DNA from: an uncultured Candidatus Actinomarina sp.
GTDB lineage: Bacteria > Actinomycetota > Acidimicrobiia > Actinomarinales > Actinomarinaceae
Direction of reading: 5' to 3'
Length of the DNA stretch: 64,000 nt
Assembly (NCBI GenBank): GCA_902613615.1
Contig: CACMHQ010000001.1
Location: 76,567 to 140,566, forward strand
Positions within the stretch are counted from its first letter, which is position 1, and every line of letters starts with the position of its first letter. Positions 57,143 through 64,000 of this stretch are shown piece by piece. The translations under genes were made by a program, and so were the position numbers. Below the pieces are notes generated by a model. It was not told the origin of the DNA. It ran no database searches and saw only the letters and a list, made by a program, of their open reading frames with translations.

Positions 57143-58321
57143 TTAGATAACTTCAAATAAACCAGCTGCACCCATACCACCACCGACACACATAGTTACA
57201 ACTACGAATTTTGCGTTTCTTCTTTTACCCTCTATTAATGCATGCATCGTCATTCTTGCACCAGTCATTCCATAGGGATGGCCTATTGATATTGAACCAC
57301 CATTAACGTTATATATGCTGTTGTCAATACCAAGCTCATCTCTACAGTATAAAGTTTGAACAGCAAAGGCTTCATTTAGTTCCCAGAGGTCTATATCTTC
57401 AATTTTTAAGTTAAATTTGTTTAATAAATCTGGAACTGCGTATACAGGACCTATTCCCATTTCCTCTGGTGCTAATGCTGATACAGTCATACCTCTATAA
57501 TATCCAAGTGGTTCGAGGTTTCTTTTTTCTGCTTCACTTGCTTCCATTAAAACAACAGAAGCTGAACCATCTGATAATTGTGAAGCATTACCAGCTGTAA
57601 TGAACTTTCCTTCTCCATAAACTGGAGGAAGAGAGGATAAACCCTCTAAATTTGTTTCTGGTCTATTTCCCTCATCTTTTGTTAATTCAACCTTTTCATC
57701 AGTAACTTCCCCGGTTTCTTTATTTTTGACACTTTTTGTTGTAGTTGTTGAAATAATTTCGTCATCAAATTTGTTACCTTCTTGAGCAGCTGCAGTTCTT
57801 TGTTGACTTTGTAATGAATATTCATCCTGATATTCTCTTGTAATATTATATTTTTCAGCAACAAAATCAGCAGTTTCGATCATAGGCATATAAGCGTTAT
57901 CAGCAAGTTTTACCACATTTGGATCTGGAGCAAATCGCAATTCAGCAGTTTGAACCAACGATATAGATTCAACACCGCCTGCAACAACAACATTCATATT
58001 GTCTGTCATTATTTGTTTTGCACCAGTAGCAATTGCCATTAGGCCAGAAGAACATTGTCTATCTATTGTCATTCCTGGAACAGTAATTGGTAATCCTGCT
58101 GCGATTCCACTTAGTCTTCCAATGTTCAATGCTTGTGAACCTTGTTGTTGAGCACAACCCATAATGACATCTTCTATTTCATTTGGATCAACATTTGCTC
58201 TTTCAACAGCTTCTTTGATTGAATAAGAACCTAATGTAGGAGCATCTGTTTTGTTGTATGCTCCACGATAAGCTTTTCCAATAGGTGTTCTTGCTGCTGA
58301 TACTATTACTGCTTCTCTCAT
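57143..58321 (-). CDS. Acetyl-CoA C-acetyltransferase (thiolase II)
   Basis: Nucleophile [28 protein letters not shown]. Confidence 0.95.
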   Translation of the reverse strand: MREAVIVSAARTPIGKAYRGAYNKTDAPTLGSYSIKEAVERANVDPNEIEDVIMGCAQQQGSQALNIGRLSGIAAGLPITVPGMTIDRQCSSGLMAIATGAKQIMTDNMNVVVAGGVESISLVQTAELRFAPDPNVVKLADNAYMPMIETADFVAEKYNITREYQDEYSLQSQQRTAAAQEGNKFDDEIISTTTTKSVKNKETGEVTDEKVELTKDEGNRPETNLEGLSSLPPVYGEGKFITAGNASQLSDGSASVVLMEASEAEKRNLEPLGYYRGMTVSALAPEEMGIGPVYAVPDLLNKFNLKIEDIDLWELNEAFAVQTLYCRDELGIDNSIYNVNGGSISIGHPYGMTGARMTMHALIEGKRRNAKFVVVTMCVGGGMGAAGLFEVI

Positions 58322-58338
58322 CTTTAGTCTTCTTTCTT

Positions 58339-58800
58339 CTATTCTGTAATTATAAATAAAGTTAAAGGCTCAACAATAGCTGCTGGTTTATCTTTACCCT
58401 CTATTTCAATTGTAGCAGTATGCTTCACCAACCATCTACCAGCTTTTTTATACTGGACATCTGATAAAACAAATCTCCCTCTAATCTTGCTATTTACTGG
58501 CACAGCTTCCATGAAACGAACTTTATCAAGTCCATAATTAATTGCCATTTGAATATTTTCTGGCATGACAGTGTTGTCGGCAGATAAATAAGTTATCATA
58601 CTCAATGTCAGGAATCCATGAGCTATTGTAGTTCCCCATGGAGTACTTTTAGCCATTTCTTCATCAACATGAATAAATTGATGATCGTTTGTACCTTCTG
58701 CAAATTGATTTATCCTATCTTGATTTATTTCGAACCAGTCTGAAACACCGACCTCTTGACCAATATATTTTTCCATTTCCTCTGCAGGTACAATCATCAT
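58339..58800 (-). CDS. MaoC-like (R)-specific enoyl-CoA hydratase
   Basis: 153-aa single hotdog with the hydratase-2-like box [13 protein letters not shown]...GTTIAHG. Confidence 0.8.
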   Translation of the reverse strand: MMIVPAEEMEKYIGQEVGVSDWFEINQDRINQFAEGTNDHQFIHVDEEMAKSTPWGTTIAHGFLTLSMITYLSADNTVMPENIQMAINYGLDKVRFMEAVPVNSKIRGRFVLSDVQYKKAGRWLVKHTATIEIEGKDKPAAIVEPLTLFIITE

Positions 58801-59813
58801 GTTATCTCCTCTAATAAATTTTTATTCGCAGCTTTATTTGCAAACTTTATTGTACTGTCCTTAAATGATTCTATTTCATTTTCATTTGTTTTTCCATATG
58901 ATCCCATGGAATATCTTATGTAAACCCCCTCCATTATCATTGCATGTTTCCAATAAGATAACCTTGTGTAAAATTCAATATCTTTTAGATCTAGATTTGA
59001 GTTATTTAGATATAATTTAATTACATCCTCACGTGTGGGAAATCCGCCAGACAGGGTTGGAGAGTATATAAATGGTGAGTCTTTTTCTTTCTTTGTATTC
59101 CAAGATGCTATAACTGTTCCCATATCTGCAAGTGGATCTCCCAAAGTACAAAGTTCCCAATCCAGTACGGCTGCTACTTTGTTATCCTTTATTCGAACAT
59201 TATCTAATCTGTAATCTCCATGAACTATTCCAACAGTTTGTTGTGGAGGAATATAATCAAGAAGTAAATTAGTTGCACTTTCTAGTTCTTTTATTTCTCT
59301 CACTTTTTGAGATTGAAATTGTTTATTCCATCTGTTTATTTGTCTTACTACGTAATCCTCATGTTTTCCTAAATCACTTAATTCTGAACTTATAACATTA
59401 AAATTGTGTATTTCTGTAAGAGCTTTAATGAATGATTCTGTAATTGTTTTTTTCTGTGATTGGTCATAGCTTTCTGCCACTTTGTCGTTAGCTATCGTAT
59501 CACCCTCAATAAATTCCATAATATAAAAATCATCTGTAGATAACTCCTTCTTGTCATATAGATAGAATGGTTTTGGAACCCTTAAACCATTTTGATTTAA
59601 AACTTTCAATATTTTATATTCCCTACCCATATTGTGTGCAGATTCTAATTTGAGTCCAAATGGAGGCCGTCTTAATACAAATGTATTTGAATCATCAAAA
59701 ATTTTAAATGTAATATTTGATCTTCCTACTTTAAATTGTTCAAAGTTGAAATCTTCTGAAATATCTACAACTGTAGAAATATATTTCTTTAGTTTGTCGC
59801 TAAAAAAGTCCAT
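58797..59813 (-). CDS. APH-fold phosphotransferase of the ACAD10/11-N-terminal (LvaA-like) type
   Basis: GRSNITF...FVLRRPPFG...AHNMGREYKILKVL, catalytic HGDYRLDNV, DWELCTLGDPLAD. I prefer the ATG at 59813; the track starts at a TTG one codon upstream. Confidence 0.8.
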   Translation of the reverse strand: MDFFSDKLKKYISTVVDISEDFNFEQFKVGRSNITFKIFDDSNTFVLRRPPFGLKLESAHNMGREYKILKVLNQNGLRVPKPFYLYDKKELSTDDFYIMEFIEGDTIANDKVAESYDQSQKKTITESFIKALTEIHNFNVISSELSDLGKHEDYVVRQINRWNKQFQSQKVREIKELESATNLLLDYIPPQQTVGIVHGDYRLDNVRIKDNKVAAVLDWELCTLGDPLADMGTVIASWNTKKEKDSPFIYSPTLSGGFPTREDVIKLYLNNSNLDLKDIEFYTRLSYWKHAMIMEGVYIRYSMGSYGKTNENEIESFKDSTIKFANKAANKNLLEEIT

Positions 59814-59870
59814 CAAACAACATATTAATGAAAGTTTTTTGGTTCAGAAGTTTAAATTGATACAATAAGA

Positions 59871-61079
59871 ATGATGGATTTTAATTTCTCTAAAGAATCA
59901 CTTGAATTACAAGATAAGCTAAAAACCTTTTTCGCTGACCATATTTATCCAAATGAGGAGCTCTATGAGAAGGCAATTATTGACTCAGGAGATCCATTGC
60001 ATATTCCAGAAATATTAAATGAGCTTAAATCAAAAGCTAAAAGTGAAAATTTGTGGAATTTATTTCTACCTGATAAGGAATATGGATATGGATTATCAAA
60101 TGTTGACTATGCACCATTAGCTGAGATAACAGGTCATAATTGGTGGGCTCCTGAAGTATTTAATTGCTCTGCCCCTGATACAGGAAATATGGAAATTTTA
60201 GCCGAGTTTGGAACAGCAGAGCAAAAAAAACAATGGCTTGAACCACTTCTTGAAGGAGAAATAAGATCATGCTTTGCAATGACTGAGCCAAATGTAGCTT
60301 CCTCAGATGCTACAAACATAGGAAGTTCAATTGTCAGTGACGGTGACAATTATGTAATTAATGGTCGTAAATGGTGGACTTCAAATGCAATAAATCCAAA
60401 TGCAAAAATATGTATTTTTATGGGTGTGACAAACCCAGATAGTCCTCCATACCAAAGGCAGAGCCAAGTATTAGTTCCTATGGATAGCGAGGGACTATCG
60501 ATAATCAGACCAATGCAAGTATTTGGATATGATGATGGATACACAGGACATCCAGAGCTTTTATTTGAAAATGTCGTTGTTCCAAAATCTAACATCATTG
60601 GGGGAGAAGGAATGGGATTTAAAATAGCTCAAGCTAGGCTTGGGCCTGGAAGAATACATCATTGTATGAGGGCTATCGGAATGGCAGAGAGAGCATTATC
60701 TCTTATGATCGACCGATCACTTGAAAGAGAAACATTTGGTCAAAAATTAGCTGAACAAGGTGTTATTCAAGATTGGATTGCTCGCTCAAGAATAAAAATA
60801 GAGGAAGCAAGATTACTAACTTTGAAAACTGCATGGCTAATCGATACAGTTGGTAAAGAAGAAGCAAAAATAGAAATCTCATCTATAAAAGTATCTGTTG
60901 TTGAGGCTGCTTCTTACGTCATTGACAAAGCTATACAAACGTTTGGCGCAATGGGGTTATCCCAAGATACTCCACTAGCTAGGATGTCTGCAGGAGCTCG
61001 TGTATTAAGAATTGCAGATGGACCAGATGAAGTTCATTTAAGATCAATAGCAAGAAGAGAAATTAATAAACATAGATAA
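59871..61079 (+). CDS. Acyl-CoA dehydrogenase of the ACAD10/11 (FadE2/LvaC-like) type
   Basis: Family-specific SCFAMTEPNVASSDATNI, GRKWWTSNA, RIADGPDEVH at the C-terminus. Confidence 0.88.
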   Translation: MMDFNFSKESLELQDKLKTFFADHIYPNEELYEKAIIDSGDPLHIPEILNELKSKAKSENLWNLFLPDKEYGYGLSNVDYAPLAEITGHNWWAPEVFNCSAPDTGNMEILAEFGTAEQKKQWLEPLLEGEIRSCFAMTEPNVASSDATNIGSSIVSDGDNYVINGRKWWTSNAINPNAKICIFMGVTNPDSPPYQRQSQVLVPMDSEGLSIIRPMQVFGYDDGYTGHPELLFENVVVPKSNIIGGEGMGFKIAQARLGPGRIHHCMRAIGMAERALSLMIDRSLERETFGQKLAEQGVIQDWIARSRIKIEEARLLTLKTAWLIDTVGKEEAKIEISSIKVSVVEAASYVIDKAIQTFGAMGLSQDTPLARMSAGARVLRIADGPDEVHLRSIARREINKHR

Positions 61080-61081
61080 TT

Positions 61082-61948
61082 ATGGAAAAAGTTGCAGTTA
61101 TCGGTGGTGGACAAATGGGAAGTCAGATTGCTGCTTTATCAGCAATGTCAGGTCATGAAACAAGTATCTTTGATAGCAATAAAGAATATTTAGATAGCAA
61201 ATTAGTTTTTACCAAAGAGAATATAGAAAATTTAGTTTCTAAAGACTTGATAAAAAAAGAAAGCTTGGATAATTTTAACCAAAATCTTAAAGTTTATGAT
61301 TCACTTGAAACGGTAGTAGATGATAAAACATTTGTAATTGAAGCTGTAGTTGAAAGATTTGATGTAAAAAAGGAAATTTTTTCAACGATTTCAAAAATAC
61401 TCGATGAGGATGTTGTTCTTGCAACAAACAGTTCATTTATAGCTGCATCAGAAATTGCACAACATTGTAAACATCCCGAGAGATTTATAAATATGCACTT
61501 CTTTTACCCTCCATTAAGAATGGATCTCATTGAAATTTCATTTCCAGAATCCACTAGCAAAGAAATAGTTGATAGGACTAAAGAACTGAGCAAATTGATG
61601 GGAAGAACAGTTGTAACTTTAAATAAAGAAACACCAGGCTTTATTGTAAACAGGATGTTAGGTGCGTTAGTTGATGAGGCCTACGAATTATATGACGAAG
61701 GAATAGCCGACTTCAAAGATATAGACCTAGCAATTAAGAAAGGATTGAACCATCCACTAGGACCATTTGAATTGACTGATTACTCAGGCTTGGATATTAG
61801 TTATTATTCAAAACTTAAAATTTATAATGAAACAAAAAACCCAAAAGATAAACCCAAAAAATTTCTAGAAGAAAAAGTTAAAGATGGGAAATTAGGTGTA
61901 AAAACAGGAGAAGGTTTTTACAATTATGACAAACCTTCAAAGTCTTGA
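61082..61948 (+). CDS. 3-hydroxyacyl-CoA dehydrogenase (Hbd/HADH type)
   Basis: VAVIGGGQMGSQIA Rossmann, NSS...HFFYPP, PGFIVNRML, and a C-terminal domain with GP..L.D..GLD. Confidence 0.88.
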   Translation: MEKVAVIGGGQMGSQIAALSAMSGHETSIFDSNKEYLDSKLVFTKENIENLVSKDLIKKESLDNFNQNLKVYDSLETVVDDKTFVIEAVVERFDVKKEIFSTISKILDEDVVLATNSSFIAASEIAQHCKHPERFINMHFFYPPLRMDLIEISFPESTSKEIVDRTKELSKLMGRTVVTLNKETPGFIVNRMLGALVDEAYELYDEGIADFKDIDLAIKKGLNHPLGPFELTDYSGLDISYYSKLKIYNETKNPKDKPKKFLEEKVKDGKLGVKTGEGFYNYDKPSKS

Positions 61949-62343
61949 TCTTTAAGATTAAAAAAGAATTCTCTTTCTGCTTTAATTTTTAAAATTATTC
62001 TTTCAGATTGTATTTCAAAAGGGTATGGTTTGTTCCAATATTTCTGAGATAGATCATTAATATTTTTTAAAGCGTCTTCACCTGTAATTTCACCCACTAC
62101 CTCTCCTCTAATTTCCACAAATTTAAACTCATTATCATGCTTCCAGATCATAACATTGACTCTTGGATCATCTTTTACATTTAAATATTTTCTACGGTGG
62201 ATCTCTGTATTTATTAAAATATTTTCACCATCTGTATCAACCCACATTACGTGTGTTTGAGGGGCACCACTTTTAAAGAGCGTCGTTAAAGTTGCATAAT
62301 TCGGCTCTTTTGCCATTGCAATCGTTTTTTTATCTAAACCCAT
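61924..62343 (-). CDS. PPOX-class (pyridoxamine-5-phosphate-oxidase-fold) protein, possibly F420-dependent
   Basis: 139 aa, split-barrel pattern YATLTTL..SGAPQTHVMWV...ILINT....RKYLNVKDDPRV. Confidence 0.65.
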   Translation of the reverse strand: MGLDKKTIAMAKEPNYATLTTLFKSGAPQTHVMWVDTDGENILINTEIHRRKYLNVKDDPRVNVMIWKHDNEFKFVEIRGEVVGEITGEDALKNINDLSQKYWNKPYPFEIQSERIILKIKAEREFFFNLKDQDFEGLS

Positions 62344-62362
62344 ATAATTATCATAGAATATT

Positions 62363-62818
62363 ATGAAAGTTGTTTTGCAAAGAGTTAAATCAGCATCAGT
62401 GAAAGTTGATAACTCTTTAATTTCAGAAATTAGCGGTGGCTATCTTCTTTTATGGTGTATTGAAAAAGGTGATACTCCAAAAGATATTGAAACTCTAACA
62501 AACAAGATTATTAATTTGAGAATATTTCCTGACGAACAAGGAAAAATGAATAAATCAATAATTGATGCTAATGGAGAAATACTTTTAGTAAGCCAATTTA
62601 CATTAAGTGGAAATATTCAAAAAGGAAATAGACCATCATTTATAAATTCTCAAGATCCTGAGATTGCAAAAAAAATGATTGATGATGTTGCTGAGATATT
62701 TTCTGACCGATTAACCGTTAAACAAGGTATCTTTGGAGCTTTAATGGAAGTTTCACTTATTAACGATGGTCCTTTAACAATGTTTATTGAATCAAGAGAT
62801 GGAAAAATTCAAAGTTAA
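62363..62818 (+). CDS. dtd: D-aminoacyl-tRNA deacylase
   Basis: MKVVLQRV..ASV, VSQFTL, GPLT near the C-terminus. Confidence 0.92.
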   Translation: MKVVLQRVKSASVKVDNSLISEISGGYLLLWCIEKGDTPKDIETLTNKIINLRIFPDEQGKMNKSIIDANGEILLVSQFTLSGNIQKGNRPSFINSQDPEIAKKMIDDVAEIFSDRLTVKQGIFGALMEVSLINDGPLTMFIESRDGKIQS

Positions 62819-63243
62819 GCAGATTGTAACTTTATATTTTTCTTTCCTTCAGCTTCACTAAGTTTTTTATCCAAATAATATTCTTCACCAGCCCAAAGAT
62901 GTAATCCAAGACCAACTTTCATAGCACATCTTTTGAATGCATCTGATTCAGCATGCTTAGCATTCATGCCGTCGCTTCCTTGATCGTGTTCAACATCTCC
63001 AATTGATGTTATGGTTACTGATTTGCCATCAATTTGTGTTGTTAGTTTGCCAAAGCAACCAACTACTTTTCCACTATTATCTTGTCTAATTAATTGAACA
63101 ACTTCCCAATTAAAAGGCCCACATACCTCTAAAAGTCTTTGAGTAATGACAGAATGAGGAATATAGTTTCCAAATTTACCTTTTGGAGCGGGCTTAATCC
63201 ACTCATCTGGAAATTGTCTTGATAGTTCATATAATTGATTCAT
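62815..63243 (-). CDS. Rad52/Sak-like single-strand annealing protein (phage-type recombinase)
   Basis: YIPHSVITQRLLEVCGPFNWEV plus AKHAESDAFKRCAMKVGLGLHLW match the Rad52-family pattern (YI...VI..LN..FG..W; K.A.TDALKRA...FG.G..LY) as I recall it. Confidence 0.5.
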   Translation of the reverse strand: MNQLYELSRQFPDEWIKPAPKGKFGNYIPHSVITQRLLEVCGPFNWEVVQLIRQDNSGKVVGCFGKLTTQIDGKSVTITSIGDVEHDQGSDGMNAKHAESDAFKRCAMKVGLGLHLWAGEEYYLDKKLSEAEGKKNIKLQSA

Positions 63244-63803
63244 TATTTCCTTTCTTTATGACCTAGCTCTTTTGCCCACTTTGGAGCTGTACTGTTGTTT
63301 GTATTTATACTTTTTAAGTCAGCTTTTTCTTTCCATTCTTTATATAAAAAAGTATCACGAATCATTTCGGGATTAATATTCTTAGAATTTGAAAAAGCAT
63401 CAAGACCCTTTAGTTTAGGAACAAAGGTTTGTCCAAGTATTGCAAGTAGAGATTCAACTAGCTCTTCATTGTTATCTGATTTTTCAATAATCCACTCAAT
63501 AAATTTTCTTAAATCTTGAACTTTCCAACTATAAGATTTATTAAATACAAATACTTCATCACCAAGCCTTACAGGTCCGTTTTCTTCGACATTTTTTGCA
63601 ATATTTTGATCATTAAAAGACTTAATATTTGTACTTGCTTTTTTTACAGTTGAGCTAGTATTTCTAGCTATCCAAAGGAACTCAATATCTTTTGTTTTGG
63701 AAAGTTCCTCACCATATTCAGTAACAGTAATATCAAAGTCATCACCATCCTGATATGTTATCTCTTTTGTTAAAGATAATATTTCATCTAAATTATTACT
63801 CAT
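63243..63803 (-). CDS. Hypothetical protein (possibly phage-derived)
   Basis: I take the start at the ATG at 63803, which has AGGAG 6 nt upstream; the track's longer ORF has no Shine-Dalgarno. 1-nt overlap with the Rad52-like gene. No motif recognised. Confidence 0.4.
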   Translation of the reverse strand: MSNNLDEILSLTKEITYQDGDDFDITVTEYGEELSKTKDIEFLWIARNTSSTVKKASTNIKSFNDQNIAKNVEENGPVRLGDEVFVFNKSYSWKVQDLRKFIEWIIEKSDNNEELVESLLAILGQTFVPKLKGLDAFSNSKNINPEMIRDTFLYKEWKEKADLKSINTNNSTAPKWAKELGHKERK

Positions 63804-64000
63804 ATGTACTCCTAAACTAAGCGGCTTTTCTATAGTCTTCATGACATCTACAGCTGTCACTATGTTGGTAGCAAACAATCACTGCTTCCAACCCGCATGA
63901 TTTAAGAATATCTTCAATTTTGTTATTTTTCATAAAAGAAATAATAGAAAACGGATACGACAAAAAATATAAAAAAACATACAACAAGTAATTTTTTAGA

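Noticed and set aside
59811-59885. Both divergent genes appear to start with MMDF, a possible shared duplicated 5-prime segment
   Set aside because: The first M of the kinase ORF is a TTG in the track translation. The nucleotide sequences differ (ATGGACTTTTTT versus ATGATGGATTTTAAT), so the similarity covers only a few codons and is probably coincidental.
1-64000. CRISPR arrays, IS elements/transposases, integrases, rRNA genes, toxin-antitoxin or known defence-system gene sets
   Set aside because: I found no direct-repeat/spacer arrays, DDE/tyrosine/serine recombinase-like ORFs or rRNA-like sequence when reading through. The only mobile-element-like signal is the Rad52-like gene at the right edge.

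Overview
AT-rich (about one-third G+C by eye), very gene-dense chromosomal segment. I count about 68 protein genes, 3 tRNAs and almost no intergenic DNA, and many neighbouring genes overlap by 1-26 nt. Most of it is housekeeping:
- aminoacylation: metG, gltX, gatCAB, dtd and a tRNA-Glu/Gln/Glu array
- nitrogen assimilation: amt, gltB
- cell wall and lysine: murA, dapD, dapE, a DUF368 protein
- Fe-S and tRNA thiolation: iscS-like, mnmA, two Nfu-type proteins
- ligA, pyk, folD, ychF
- a small alpha-glucan set: malQ, a GH13 enzyme, a GT8 enzyme
- a large acyl-CoA / beta-oxidation block (48-62 kb)

Taxonomy (inference only): probably a streamlined marine actinobacterium (Actinomarinales/Acidimicrobiia-like). 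The gene order iscS-mnmA-ligA-...-gatCAB-...-FAH-gltX-tRNAs-fbiD matches what I recall of Mycobacterium tuberculosis (Rv3025c to Rv2983). Ni-SOD with SodX, an Asp-type MurA and F420-linked genes point the same way.

I found no rRNA, CRISPR array, transposase, integrase or recognisable defence system.

Most interesting items:
1. A divergent 7-gene cluster (54.7-61.9 kb). It places a clostridial-type 4-hydroxybutyryl-CoA dehydratase (AbfD, Fe-S ligands conserved) next to a split ACAD10/11- or LvaA/LvaC-like kinase plus acyl-CoA dehydrogenase pair. These are two unrelated chemistries for removing a 4-hydroxyl from acyl-CoAs.
2. An aldehyde-dehydrogenase-like ORF that keeps the N-terminal NAD-binding part and the C-terminal tail motif but has lost the whole catalytic domain. 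It is translationally coupled to a full-length ALDH downstream of deoC.
3. A Rad52-like single-strand-annealing gene and unknown ORFs at the right edge, possibly the start of a phage-derived island.
4. A GC-enriched, structured 122-nt spacer upstream of an EamA transporter.
5. 11-nt-phased GAAAC/GTnAC-like repeats upstream of amt.

All functional calls rest on motifs read from the translations and on recalled family knowledge. No database search was run.
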